Shown here in pieces: positions 18,230-29,350 of a stretch of DNA of 64,000 nucleotides; the first letter of the stretch is position 1, and each line of letters begins with the position of its first letter. The DNA lies in the IMG/VR virus record IMGVR_UViG_3300037010_001382, positions 1 through 64,000 of that record, one strand, 5' to 3'. The DNA is from a virus. The position numbers and the translations under genes were made by a program. The notes under the pieces were generated by a model that was not told where the DNA came from, ran no database searches, and saw nothing but the letters and a program-made list of their open reading frames with translations.

Positions 18230-18871
18230 ATGAAACAATTCATATTTGCAATGTTACTGGTATTCTCTACGGGAATTGCCACAATTTCTTGTAATCGTTC
18301 TGCTCCTTATCAGGGGTATGACGTAATGACTGGACCAGGTGGTCAGCAACAAGTGATGTTTTATGATAATGGTACTCAGCGCGTTATGGAGTATGCAATG
18401 TTCATGTCTTTAATGAATAATGGTGGTTACAGTAATGTAATTCATCATTATCGTGAACCAAGATATGCTTCAAGACCATATTTTAGCAATGATTATCGTT
18501 CATGGAATCATGTAGGTACAACTACTGCTCCAAGGCAACCAGTTGTTAATAGTCCAACTGTTGCTCAGTCTACTGGGGCATTTGGAAATGGCGCATATAA
18601 ACGCGATGGTGTAATTACAACTAATTCAACACAACCTCAAGTAAGTATAATTACTAATAGTAATACTCCTGCTAAAGTTGATGGTTGGAATAGTAAAGTT
18701 ACACAACAGGCATTGCCACGTACTCCTCAACCAGTACAAACTGCAGGTTGGAAATCAACTACCACTGCTCCAGCTCCATCTCCTGTCGCAACAGGTTCAG
18801 TATGGAAAACAAAAACAAGCAGCAGCTCTTCAACAAAATCCTCATTTGGAGGAAGAAAACGTGTGCGTTAG
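18230..18871 (+). CDS. putative lipoprotein with S/T/P-rich tail
   Basis: Signal ending TISC (lipobox-like); low-complexity C-terminus SSSSTKSSFGGRKRVR. Confidence 0.7.
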   Translation: MKQFIFAMLLVFSTGIATISCNRSAPYQGYDVMTGPGGQQQVMFYDNGTQRVMEYAMFMSLMNNGGYSNVIHHYREPRYASRPYFSNDYRSWNHVGTTTAPRQPVVNSPTVAQSTGAFGNGAYKRDGVITTNSTQPQVSIITNSNTPAKVDGWNSKVTQQALPRTPQPVQTAGWKSTTTAPAPSPVATGSVWKTKTSSSSSTKSSFGGRKRVR

Positions 18872-19127
18872 TAATAACGTTTATGTTAACAAAAGAAATG
18901 TTGCAAGAGTTTTGTCTTCAAAAAGGATGGATATACAACTACTCCGGGAAGAGTGGAGGAGTATATATTGATCCTAAAGATAAGCTTATAACAATTGATA
19001 ATATCGAATGTGCTATAGTTCAGCACTTTGGTATCTTCCCTGATTTCAGTATTTTTAGATCTTAGTAATAGAAAGCATTATTGGATATCAACCTAACGAT
19101 TTTATTAAGCGAAAATTCATTAGACAC

Positions 19128-19568
19128 ATGGAACAAAAGTCTCTATCAAAAGAAGAGCAGCACAAAATCAAGATCCTAACGCTACGACAAGAGCTCGAGC
19201 AAGCGATACTAAAGGTGAATTTTCACTTCCATAGCGGCTACGAAAAAAAGGATGAGAGACTACCTGTATCAATCTTTATGAACTTCTTAAAAAAAGGAGT
19301 TGCAACGATTCACAGTGCATATCTTATGCGTTTAAAGAATAGAGATGTACATTTAATAATAGATGAAGATTTCTTCATTACTAATGTACGTTTTACAGAT
19401 TTGCATTGGTCAAGTTGGGATAAACTTTCAATGTTAATCTCTGATCTTAATGAAGCCGCTAGAGAGCTAGACTATGATGATTTACGTTCTAGGACTAATA
19501 CCATAGATAAATTTTATCAGTTAGCTGATAAAGATATCGATTTTTTGCGATCATTTAAGTTTAGTTGA
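19128..19568 (+). CDS. hypothetical protein
   Basis: ORF track. Confidence 0.7.
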   Translation: MEQKSLSKEEQHKIKILTLRQELEQAILKVNFHFHSGYEKKDERLPVSIFMNFLKKGVATIHSAYLMRLKNRDVHLIIDEDFFITNVRFTDLHWSSWDKLSMLISDLNEAARELDYDDLRSRTNTIDKFYQLADKDIDFLRSFKFS

Positions 19569-19580
19569 ATTTAAAATAAA

Positions 19581-19612
19581 TTTGGTAGTTTAAATTCTAT
19601 TTCGTATCTTTG
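19581..19612 (+). promoter_or_regulatory. Bacteroidota promoter TTTG-N20-TATCTTTG
   Basis: Consensus match 5 nt before the HNH ATG. Confidence 0.8.
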
Positions 19613-19617
19613 CAGAT

Positions 19618-20148
19618 ATGGGAAAGATTAAAAAGATTATTTGTGAAGAATGTGGCATTGAAAAAGAAACTGCTGCAATTAAATTCTGCTCTATTAAGTG
19701 TAGAGAAACAAACAAATCAAGAAAACATTATCAGAGTTATTTAGAAGACAGTTCGTCATTTAAATATACTAATCTTCAGCCTTTAAAAGCTGAATTTCTA
19801 AAGGAACAGAATTGTAAATGTGCTATTTGTGGAATTAATAATAAGTGGGAAGATAAAGATTTAATCTTTATATTGGATCATATAGATAGTAAAGCTAATA
19901 ATAGTAATAGAGATAATCTTAGATTACTTTGTCCAAATTGTGATTCACAACTTAATACTTATAAAAGTAAAAATCACTCTTCGGAAAGAAGAGGAGATAT
20001 TCCCTATTTAGGGCATTCAAAGAAAGTTAATAAAGAGATGCTTGATGAGATTATTAAAATGAGAACTGAAAATTATACTTTAAAAGAAATTGCAGAGAAG
20101 TACAATATCAGTTATTCAGCAGTCTGGTATAGATTAAAACATTTATAA
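19618..20148 (+). CDS. HNH homing endonuclease with C-terminal HTH
   Basis: CAICG...LDHIDS...NNSNRDNLRLLCPNC; TLKEIAEKYNISYSAV. Confidence 0.88.
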   Translation: MGKIKKIICEECGIEKETAAIKFCSIKCRETNKSRKHYQSYLEDSSSFKYTNLQPLKAEFLKEQNCKCAICGINNKWEDKDLIFILDHIDSKANNSNRDNLRLLCPNCDSQLNTYKSKNHSSERRGDIPYLGHSKKVNKEMLDEIIKMRTENYTLKEIAEKYNISYSAVWYRLKHL

Positions 20149-20167
20149 AACTTCAAATTTAGCTAAA

Positions 20168-22471
20168 GTGGACAACATCCAGAACAACAACAACGACAAT
20201 TTACCACAGGGTAACAATGAACAACAAAACGGTAATAAGGACCATAAGAACTTCCTTACAGTTGTAGCACAAGTATTTTCTCTCATTGGCCCAGGTGCTG
20301 ATCCTGAAAAAGGAGCGAAGAATGCTATCTTTAGCAACAAAGTAGCTAACGATCAGGTGTCTGCTGTTATGGAAAAGCTTGCCGGCCGTCGCCAGGAAAA
20401 AGCCATAGAAGGTTTTACTGAAGATATGGACAAATTGCTTGACCGCTATGCTGAATTTACGCGCGAATCGACAAAGCGTAAGAAGGCTTTCGAAGAAGCT
20501 GAATTGGCTAAAGAAAAAGAATTCACCAAGGAAGCGCAGGCTGTATTGGCAAAAGTGCAGGATATAGGTTCTTATTTTGGTGCATACCAGAAAGGCCTTG
20601 CTGCGTTAGCTAACGTGCCGGCTGCCAATAACAACCAGTAAAAAGTTGATTGGATCACCGCTAAGTAAAGACGATATTCTTGACATAAAGGTTCCTTCTG
20701 AAGGAGACCCTGTATTGTATGTAGTATATGATACATTTGATAAGCAATATCGATCTCAAGTAGGTATTATAATGCGAGAAGTAGGAGACGATCATGTGAT
20801 TATTAGTGGAGTTAAGTGGGAAAGAGAACAAGTTCTCTATGTTCTTACTAGCGAAGGTTTTATGAAACAGAAGCGTATCACTAACAGACTTGCACTATAA
20901 TACCTGCTTATCAAAAGAAGACAAATTAAGGACTTTACAACACATTAAATGTCTTATACTATGGGCAGGAGTAATCGCCGTGGTAAGAATAAGAATAAGC
21001 ATGTGAATGTTGTGCCTGTCCATTCGAAAAAAGTAATCGTAAGTTCTAATCCCTCTGAAAAGACGATTGAGTACTACGAACAGTTGCTCGTTAGCGGGAA
21101 AAACCCAAAAGGTAAAATTCTCACTAATAATGAAATAACAAAACTGCATAATACGATTGCCGACCTAGAGCATATCTTAGGTATCAAACATGAGTAATAT
21201 GAATAATTCGAATGGAAGGACATGTTCCCAAGACCATTAAAAGGTCACCAGCAGATTTAAGGGCTTCAGCTGATGCCTACCTTACAAATGGTCGTTATGA
21301 CCCAAGGAAGAGCGCTATGATAGCAGAAGAGTACAGAAAAAAAAGATTGTCAATTGAAGACAGGCGTGCAGTCCGTGCTAAAGAGACAGTTACACTTTTC
21401 AACAATGTATCTGAACTTATTAAAACTAAGGTAAGGTACTAATACAATAAAACAATGTCAAAGCCAGGAACAGTAGTAATTAAGTGCGGCGGTGAGAACA
21501 GAGCGTCACTGAAGAGAGATGGAGCAGAAGTTCCATTGGGTGGAGGTCAGCCTATGAAAGTAGTGCGTATCTTCAAATGTGACTCTGAATATCAGGACGG
21601 ACTATATGGTAAGGATATGCGCGTAGCGAATCATGCACCTTCGAAAGGAGCTGCAGAAAATCGCTACAGATGTGCTACTTGCTTAAAAGAACACATTGTC
21701 AACTAAGAAGGCTCTTATTGCCAAAGTGCGCGAGTTCCATTTATTGTGCTGGCTTTTCGGACACTCTTATGGCAAGCCCGAACCTTTTCTCAATACAGCG
21801 AGAACAGGATTCGTAGGGACTGTTAAGACGTGTAAACATTGCCTTGCAAAGGTTAAAGAATACAATGATTAATGAAAGTAAAGCATTTGAAAATCGTTAA
21901 TCATACGACTGTAAGAGACGCTGTTGGAGCTATGCTACATCATAGATCAGGTCAATGGTGGAATGCTCGTCAAATGCAAGCTTTTCTGTATCAAATAGGC
22001 GCGAAGGTTTCTGAAGAATATGCTGCAGGCGTTATGGAAGACATATACGACGAGGCAAGAGACATTCCTTTCATAGTCTATGAAAAGCGTACTGAACATA
22101 AAGTTCGGTATATGTGTCAAACAATGTTTGATAGAGCATCCTCTAATTAGTAAAAAATAAAACATCGTATGTTTAAAGCATTACTGGAAGTTGGGCTCAT
22201 CATTCTTATAATACTTATGGTAATAACACAAGTATTGATACCTATGTTTATTAACGATTTAGAGCTATTCTGGCTCTTTAAATCATCGAAGAAGTATAAC
22301 TCTTTCCCAACCTCGAAAGAGGGGCAGGAAGGGCATACTTCTCTCGATGATAATCTCAATGAATTAGGAACGAATGCTGAACTTCAAACAAACGCTCTCA
22401 AGTCTACTTTGAGCAAGGTGGATAAGAGTATTGAAAAGCTCAATGAAGTCAAGCGTAACGTACGCATTTAA
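20168..22471 (+). other. run of small hypothetical ORFs (20168-20641, 20646-20900, 20949-21197, 21212-21442, 21455-21706, 21872-22150, 22169-22471)
   Basis: Packed co-oriented ORFs; the last has a TM helix and coiled coil. Confidence 0.7.
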
Positions 22472-22506
22472 CAATTAACAATTACAAAAACAAGCAAGCC
22501 ATTAAC

Positions 22507-23727
22507 ATGGGACAATTGAATCCAAAGAAGCTCATTTTCGGAGCAGTAATAACAATTTTAGCCATTATTGGCTTATCTATGATTGGCAGCATGTTTGAAG
22601 AGGTGGATGCTGGTGAGATAGTTGTAATACAACATCTTAGCGGCAAGTTGAGTGTGTATGATCAGCCGACCAGCTTTGCATGGCAAGGTTTTGGTAAAGT
22701 AACGCATTATAAGCGTTCTAATCAGTTTACGTTCTTATTACCTAAAGATAAGGATAGTAAGGATGAATCTATTGAAGTGAAATGGAATGATGGCGGTCAC
22801 GCTAATATTTCAGGTTCAGTGCGATATGATTTACCTACTAATCACGAGTCGATGATTGCCATCCATAAAGCATTCAGATCCCAGGAAGGAATAGAAGATC
22901 ACTTAATTTCTACTAACGTAGCAAAAGCGATATTCATGACCGGCCCGCTGATGACCTCTAAGGAATCTTATGCTGAAAGGCGTAATGATCTGATATTTTA
23001 CATTGAAGATCAGGCAAAGTTTGGTGTCTACAAGACTAAACAGGTAGAAACAGAACAAATTGATCCTTTAGATGGCACTAAGAAAATGGTGATGCGTGTT
23101 GAGATCCAGAAAGATGATAAAGGTAATACTGCCAGACAGGAATCTTCGCCTATTGGTGATGAAAAGATTCGGTTGTATAACTTAACCATCAATAAGATCA
23201 AGTATGATGGTATTGTTGAGAAGCAAATCGCTACCCAGCAAGAGAGTATTATGAAGGTGCAAACAGCTATAGCAGCTGGTGTTGCCGCAACACAACAAGC
23301 ATTAACTACCGCCAAAGAAGGTGAAGCTGAAGCTGCAAAAGCTAAGTGGGAACAGGAAGTTATTAAGGCCAGGACTGTAACTGAAGCTGAATCAAGGAAA
23401 GCTGTAGCAACATTAGATGTGCAAACAGCAGAACTGAAGAAGAAGAAGGACATATTAGAAGGTGAAGGTGAAGGAGCTAAGAAACGTGCGTCAATGCAAG
23501 CGAATGGTGCCCTGGAACAGAAGCTGGATGCATATGTTAAGGTTCAGGAAATGTGGTCAAATGCATTTGCTGCCTATACAGGATCTTTAGTACCTTCTTA
23601 CATATCTGGAGGAAGTGTAGGTGGTACAAACGCAGGTACTCAATTCATGGAATTGATGAATATGAAAACTATGCGTGATTTAGGCCTGGATATCAATCCT
23701 GGTGGAACCAATAGTAAAAGAAAGTAA
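22507..23727 (+). CDS. SPFH/band 7 (prohibitin-like) membrane protein
   Basis: N-terminal TM, EEVDAGEIVVIQ, SPFH core, Ala/Glu-rich coiled coil (EGEAEAAKAK). Confidence 0.85.
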   Translation: MGQLNPKKLIFGAVITILAIIGLSMIGSMFEEVDAGEIVVIQHLSGKLSVYDQPTSFAWQGFGKVTHYKRSNQFTFLLPKDKDSKDESIEVKWNDGGHANISGSVRYDLPTNHESMIAIHKAFRSQEGIEDHLISTNVAKAIFMTGPLMTSKESYAERRNDLIFYIEDQAKFGVYKTKQVETEQIDPLDGTKKMVMRVEIQKDDKGNTARQESSPIGDEKIRLYNLTINKIKYDGIVEKQIATQQESIMKVQTAIAAGVAATQQALTTAKEGEAEAAKAKWEQEVIKARTVTEAESRKAVATLDVQTAELKKKKDILEGEGEGAKKRASMQANGALEQKLDAYVKVQEMWSNAFAAYTGSLVPSYISGGSVGGTNAGTQFMELMNMKTMRDLGLDINPGGTNSKRK

Positions 23728-23985
23728 AGCATATGTGGGTATTACATCTCATACTGTTTGTCTTTGGTGGATCCTTCATAGGATTAATGATCGGCGTGTT
23801 GTACAAAATAGGAACTTATCCTACTAAGCTTGTAAAAGGCTTTGATAGCGAAGGTAACGAAATAACACGTAGAGTCGATGATCCCGACTATCATTACAAA
23901 GACGAAGAATTAGTGCAATCATTTAAGTATGGACGTATGCACGAAATTCATTATTAAATCATTTGGTCCCAGTCAGACTAATGGG

Positions 23986-24058
23986 AATGAGTTAGCTCAG
24001 TTGGTTAGAGCAAGCTCTTAACCGGGCGAGGTCGGGGGTTTGAATCCCTTACTCATTA
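23986..24058 (+). tRNA. degenerate tRNA (anticodon undetermined; probable pseudo-tRNA)
   Basis: aatgagt/actcatt acceptor, canonical D arm, T loop tttgaat, anticodon arm gctc-ttaacc-gggc with a 6-nt loop. Confidence 0.65.
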
Positions 24059-24202
24059 CGAACATTAAATTTAGAATAATTATGAGGAACTTTTTAGCAC
24101 TCATTTATTGGGCTTTGATAGCTCCAAGAAGAAGGCGTAGACTGAATAGGATTGCCTCTAAGAATCGTAAATATTAATTTTTTAACAATTCAAAATAACC
24201 TA

Positions 24203-24673
24203 ATGGCAGAAGTAAAGAAGGCTCATGTGCCTATTAAGCGCCCAGGAGGCGGCATTGCAGCAGCTAAGAAAGTTGCTCCAGCAAAAGTTGCACCAAGACC
24301 AGTAGTAAAGCCAAAGGATGTTTGGACAACAGAAATGCGTAATGAAACAATACACTTCATGAAGAATGGACGTTCTGCTTCATCTTTCAATTGTGACATT
24401 GATGGTGTAAACTGCTCATGTGGTACACAGTCTATAAGTGGTATCACGCAATTTCCAATAGGAGATCGTTTTGGTATTCCGGAAGAAGTATTGATAGAAG
24501 GATTGAAAAAATGGATAGCAGTAATCAAAGCTGAGTACCAGGCTGCATTCCTTCTTGCATCGAACAACAAAACAGAACTTATCAATGCAATCTTCTCAAA
24601 AGTTTGCCTTAATGAGACTGAGTACAAACAGAGCCCTAAGACTCAGGAAATGATAAAAATCTGGGTTCTGTAG
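24203..24673 (+). CDS. hypothetical protein (possible GNAT-like fold)
   Basis: Basic Pro/Ala N-tail; CSCG motif; similar to 26120-26608. Confidence 0.6.
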   Translation: MAEVKKAHVPIKRPGGGIAAAKKVAPAKVAPRPVVKPKDVWTTEMRNETIHFMKNGRSASSFNCDIDGVNCSCGTQSISGITQFPIGDRFGIPEEVLIEGLKKWIAVIKAEYQAAFLLASNNKTELINAIFSKVCLNETEYKQSPKTQEMIKIWVL

Positions 24674-24684
24674 AGGAACAATTA

Positions 24685-25077
24685 ATGATTAAAAGAAAAG
24701 AAAAACAATGTGGACTGTGTGGAGACTTATGCTTCTTATGGAGTAGAGGTCTCTGCAAGCCATGTTGGACTAAGATGTATGGAAAAGGAGTTAATAGAAA
24801 GGCTCGTAAGAAGATAGCTTGGCAGAGTGATATTTATAAAGATCGTATGCGTAAATATAAAGAGCTACGAGAGATCTATCTGAAGGAGCATGAATTCTGT
24901 GAAGTTTGTAAAATTAAACCTGCAACAGAAATACATCACATTGAAAAAAGGGTTGGAGATAATTTGTTTAAGCATTTTCTAGCAGTGGACAGAGACTGTC
25001 ACATGAAAATTGAAGAGAATCCTGAATGGGCGTATGCTCAAGGATATAGTCGATCACATTTAAAAAAAAGAAGATGA
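24685..25077 (+). CDS. HNH-family nuclease
   Basis: CGLCG..CKPC; CEVC...ATEIHH...FLAVDRDCHMKI. Confidence 0.75.
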   Translation: MIKRKEKQCGLCGDLCFLWSRGLCKPCWTKMYGKGVNRKARKKIAWQSDIYKDRMRKYKELREIYLKEHEFCEVCKIKPATEIHHIEKRVGDNLFKHFLAVDRDCHMKIEENPEWAYAQGYSRSHLKKRR

Positions 25078-25288
25078 CTCTAGCGAAGAAAATAAAAATA
25101 ATAGTTCTTAGCATCATTGCATTAGTTTATTTCGTATATTTGTATGAGTTCCAAGATGCAGCTAACATGGGAATGCGTCAATGGCTGCAGATCATCTTGT
25201 TAGAAGTACCTATTGGTTTAATTTTACATTATATCAAAGGATACAAAAAGAACAATGTTATTGATACTTAAAATTAAATTGAATACTT

Positions 25289-25320
25289 TTTGGTGATCTC
25301 GGTTTTTATTTGTACATTTG
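25289..25320 (+). promoter_or_regulatory. Bacteroidota promoter TTTG-N20-TACATTTG
   Basis: Consensus match 4 nt before ATG 25325. Confidence 0.8.
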
Positions 25321-25324
25321 TGGT

Positions 25325-25837
25325 ATGAATAATATAAAAAGAACATTTTCAGAAGATCTTAGTAAAAAGATTTGTCCAAAATGTAATGAAGAAAAGAGAT
25401 TATCAGAATTCCATGTTTCTAAAAGTAAAACTTGTAAAGTTCAATTGTATTGTAAACTTTGTCATAAAGGAATGAGAGATGTTACAATATTAAAATCTAA
25501 AGAAAATGGAACTCATTATTCTGAAATGAGATTAGCAAAATTTAAACATAAAGCTAAGAAAAATAATATTCCATTTAATTTAGATATTGAAGATATGATC
25601 ATTCCTGAAAAATGTCCTATTTTAGGAACTAAATTAACTAAAGGCATAATAAATAGTAAAGATTTATATGCTCCATCTTTAGATAGGATAATTCCTGAAT
25701 TAGGATATGTGAAAGGAAATGTTATGTGGATGTCTCGTAAAGCAAATACAATGAAATGTAATGCTACAAAAGATGAATTATTGAATTTTGCAAATTATAT
25801 AATTGAAAATGCAAGTATTTTTGGAAAAAAGGAATAA
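25325..25837 (+). CDS. HNH-type homing endonuclease
   Basis: CPKC..CKLC; PEKCPILG...PSLDRIIPELGYVKGNV..MSRKANTMK. Confidence 0.88.
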   Translation: MNNIKRTFSEDLSKKICPKCNEEKRLSEFHVSKSKTCKVQLYCKLCHKGMRDVTILKSKENGTHYSEMRLAKFKHKAKKNNIPFNLDIEDMIIPEKCPILGTKLTKGIINSKDLYAPSLDRIIPELGYVKGNVMWMSRKANTMKCNATKDELLNFANYIIENASIFGKKE

Positions 25838-26119
25838 TATTATTCCTAAAGAATTTATTGAAACTATTGATCAATTAGAAGGTAAATATCTTATCTCTAT
25901 AAGATCTTTAGATAATAAAACACTTGATGATTTTAGAGCAAATTATTTCGCTTTAATTGATTCTGTACGCGATGTTACTGGTAATAGTAGATATACTATT
26001 CACGAAGATTTTAAAAGAGAACGCAAAATAGAAACTACAAAAGATTTTGATTTTCAAAATTGGATTAATTTTCTTGAGGCGTTTCGATGGTATTACTTTG
26101 CAAAATTAGATTTAATCCT

Positions 26120-26608
26120 ATGATGGATCATTATACAATTGAACACATGGTTCAGTTAGTCACGAAAGCTCTTAATGAGCAAAACATTGTATTTAATAAA
26201 GTGAATGCAACTGTAAAATCAGAAACTCCACATCATATGAACGTGAGTATTTCTGTTACATTTCCGCCAAGAGCAGATAAGCATAATTATCCATATGAAT
26301 CTCAAGCAGCTATCAACTTTAAAGGTGCTCCTACAGGATGTGGATTAGTAATAATGCATGGTCATGCATATTTTGCTGGTACACATAATGAAGATTCTAT
26401 GATAGTTGTAGCTAAGGCTATAATGCAACATTACAAAAAAGATGGTGCAGGCACAGTTATGGCAAGTCAAGGTGGCAAACAGTACGAAAAGTGTCCTGTT
26501 TTAGAAAAGTTGGGATTCGTGAATGTAACTACATATGACAATTTGGCTCATTCTTATGCGAATGATAAGCAGTCAATATGGGTTCATTCATTCAAAAGAG
26601 GAGAATAA
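26120..26608 (+). CDS. hypothetical protein (possible GNAT-like fold)
   Basis: GCG motif; VLEKLGF motif; ends with IWV like 24203. Confidence 0.55.
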   Translation: MMDHYTIEHMVQLVTKALNEQNIVFNKVNATVKSETPHHMNVSISVTFPPRADKHNYPYESQAAINFKGAPTGCGLVIMHGHAYFAGTHNEDSMIVVAKAIMQHYKKDGAGTVMASQGGKQYEKCPVLEKLGFVNVTTYDNLAHSYANDKQSIWVHSFKRGE

Positions 26609-26850
26609 TGAAAAGTCAAATTATAGAGGTTAATGCTAAAACTCCAATTGATTGGAGTAAGAAGCAAATGGTTACTAATGTGACTAAGGTTATTTTGTTA
26701 ACAAGTGGTGATTTCGGTGAAAATAGTTTCAAAGGTACTGTTATATTTCCTGGAGATAGCATGTATATCGTAGGATATCATACTAGTTTCCTTAAGGAAC
26801 ATTTTCGTTTGGTAGATACGCCTATTACAATTAAATTTGAAAACTAAAGC

Positions 26851-27201
26851 ATGTATTTAATTATTTTATTTATTCATTGGGTAGCAGACTTTGTGTGTCA
26901 AACACATTGGCAAGCTACAAACAAAAGTAAGGATAACGAAGCTTTAACATGGCACGTTATATATTACTCAACAATTTGGCTGATCTCTTGTACAATCTAT
27001 TGTATGATTACTGGAAATTGGCTTATGATACTATTTCCTCTAATTACATTTATTTGTCATTGGATAACAGATTACTTTACAAGTAGACTGAACAGTAAAT
27101 TGTGGGCTAAAGGAGACGTACATAACTTTTTTGTTAGTGTAGGTTTCGATCAATTTTTACATTTCGCACAGTTATTTTTAACATTTCAGCTTTTAGCGTA
27201 A
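26851..27201 (+). CDS. DUF3307-like membrane protein
   Basis: HWVADFVCQ...H...HWITD...GFDQFLH. Confidence 0.8.
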   Translation: MYLIILFIHWVADFVCQTHWQATNKSKDNEALTWHVIYYSTIWLISCTIYCMITGNWLMILFPLITFICHWITDYFTSRLNSKLWAKGDVHNFFVSVGFDQFLHFAQLFLTFQLLA

Positions 27202-27902
27202 TGACTAAGCAGTACAAAGGAGTGATATTTCAAAGCGGAGCGTTTAATCCTATTCATAGGCAGCATATGAAAATTGCTGATGACGCTATTGCTAAATTTC
27301 CTGATCATAAACATCTCATGACGCTGTCTTCAGACACATGTGATAAAGGTATTATTCCTGAATCAGAACTATTGCGTAGAGCTGAATTAATAAAATCTCA
27401 TAACTATGACGTTCTTATTAAAAAGAGCGGAATGTTTATAGAAGATATTAAAACTATACGTAATACTGATGAACTTAAGGACCTACAGATAGTCTTTGCT
27501 TGTGGCGAAGATACAATTTACAGATTCTTCAGAGATTGGGAAGAATACTACACAGAACATAGTGAGTATCCTGAAGAGAGGTATGATGATTATAAAAAGC
27601 ATTTTACAAATGTACTTTGGTATGTAACAAGACGTAATTGTCCTGAAAAGGAAAAATATGAAACTGTTGCAGCGAAGTATTTTGCACATCACAATAATAT
27701 TATCTGGAGTACGCTCGAACCAGATAATATATCGTCAACAGCGATAAGAAACAAAGAGCAAGAACGTGAGTTTGATTTCCGTTTTAAGGCAGCTTCCTTG
27801 GCATTTGGAAGTGGTTGGGATGCAGTACGCAAACTAGTCGATTTAGTGCCACTAGACGTCTTAAAACGCGAGTATCCTCATTTAAACAATGAAGAGGAAT
27901 AG
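27201..27902 (+). CDS. NadD/NMNAT-like nucleotidyltransferase
   Basis: GAFNPIHRQH (HxGH-like), GED and ISSTAIR motifs. Confidence 0.75.
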   Translation: MTKQYKGVIFQSGAFNPIHRQHMKIADDAIAKFPDHKHLMTLSSDTCDKGIIPESELLRRAELIKSHNYDVLIKKSGMFIEDIKTIRNTDELKDLQIVFACGEDTIYRFFRDWEEYYTEHSEYPEERYDDYKKHFTNVLWYVTRRNCPEKEKYETVAAKYFAHHNNIIWSTLEPDNISSTAIRNKEQEREFDFRFKAASLAFGSGWDAVRKLVDLVPLDVLKREYPHLNNEEE

Positions 27903-28090
27903 TGGAAGATGATTACGAATTAATATTCGAGTTGAGAGAAACTATAAAGGAACTTAAGTCAAGAATTGCTGACCTTGAATTTCAAGCTATGGAAAAGGAT
28001 TCAGAAATTATGCATCTAAAGATATTTGGTGCAAATAATGAATACAGAAATCTTGGCGAAGATGATACATGGTAGAGTAAAGGAGGGCAA

Positions 28091-29037
28091 ATGGCTTTAT
28101 GGGTATATGACTGGGAAACGATGTACAACCTTGCGGAAGTATCGTTTCTTAGTTATGAAAATGATGAGTGTCATACATTTAAAATAGATGATGACACGGG
28201 TGAGAATGACAGAGAAGCGTTAATAAAGTTTATTAAGGGTCAAACCTTAGTAGGGTATAATAATAAAACGTTTGATGATATAGTTACTAATTTTGTTGTA
28301 CGTCATAGCGACGCAACAGCATTAGAATTACATCGTCTTGCTAGTAAGATTATTAATGGGCAAAAAGACGAAGGATTTAATTTGTATAAGGAACTTCAAC
28401 CTTATCTCAAGTCTGATCTGTACAAATCTATTGATTTGATGCGTTTATTGTTCAGTAAGAAATTACGTGTTGGTCTAAAAGAATTAGAATGTAGTTTACA
28501 TCATGATAATGTAGAAGAACTACCTTATGCTTATGACAAAGTTTTAACTTCTGAAGAGAAGCAACAAGTGATAGAGTATAATATTAATGATTGCAGAGCA
28601 ACAAAATTAGTCTTACAGAAATCTATGGAAGCTTTGCAGCTTCGACGATGGATGATGAAGACGTATGGCATTGACGCTTATTCTATGGATGGGGTTAATG
28701 GTGGAGTAAAAATACTTGAAATATTATACGAAAAACAAATTGGAAATTCTGACTTTAAGAAAGAAACCAGTATGCGTGAGTATATTCATATCAAAGATAT
28801 TATACTTCCACAAGTAAAATTTAAAACAAAAGCTTTTAAAGAAGTATTAAAAGTATATCAGAACCATACTTGGTACAGTAAACACTTTGATGAAAATTTA
28901 TCTGAAGATAGTAAACTTAAGTATGAACCGCTCATAGGCGATTTCCGTTTCAAGTTCTCTCTTGGAGGCTTGCATGGATTCACTCAACCTGGAATATGGG
29001 AGAGTAATGATGAGTATGAAGTAATGTCAATAGACGT
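28091..29037 (+). CDS. polB: family B DNA polymerase, exon 1 (exonuclease domain to motif A)
   Basis: YDWET, GYNNKTFD, YNINDC exonuclease motifs; GGLHG; ends SID-V(GT) at the 5' splice site. Confidence 0.9.
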
Positions 29038-29089
29038 AAAGTAAAAGCTGCGTCTTAACCTTTCTAATTGACTGGAAAGCTAAATAAAT

Positions 29090-29182
29090 GTAGGTAAGGG
29101 AAGCTGGGAAATCTGCTTCAGATGAGAAGTAATTAATCTCTATACAACTGAGGAGTGGCGGGTTCGATTCCCGTTACCCACA
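29090..29182 (+). ncRNA. tRNA-like cloverleaf with expanded anticodon arm, inside intron P5
   Basis: gtaggta/tacccac (6/7), D-loop-like gctggga, cttcag/ctgagg, T arm gcggg-TTCGATT-cccgt. Confidence 0.7.
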
Positions 29183-29307
29183 CATTTACAAGCTAATCAG
29201 CAGCGAAGCCCCGAAGGGGAACGTTCAGAGACTATCGAAAACACACAGTAATGTGGAAGTGAGTAGAGTAGGGGGAGATCCCGAAACGGAAGGCAATTCA
29301 AAATAGA

Positions 29308-29339
29308 TTTGGAATTATGGATAATATGTTGTATCTTTG
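29308..29339 (+). promoter_or_regulatory. intron-internal Bacteroidota promoter TTTG-N20-TATCTTTG
   Basis: Consensus match upstream of ATG 29351. Confidence 0.8.
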
Positions 29340-29350
29340 TGGATAATACC

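Noticed and set aside
18864-18891. dif-like site (TAA-N6-TTATGTTAAC)
   Set aside because: XerC arm is poor, and the match is explained by the stop/start junction of two ORFs
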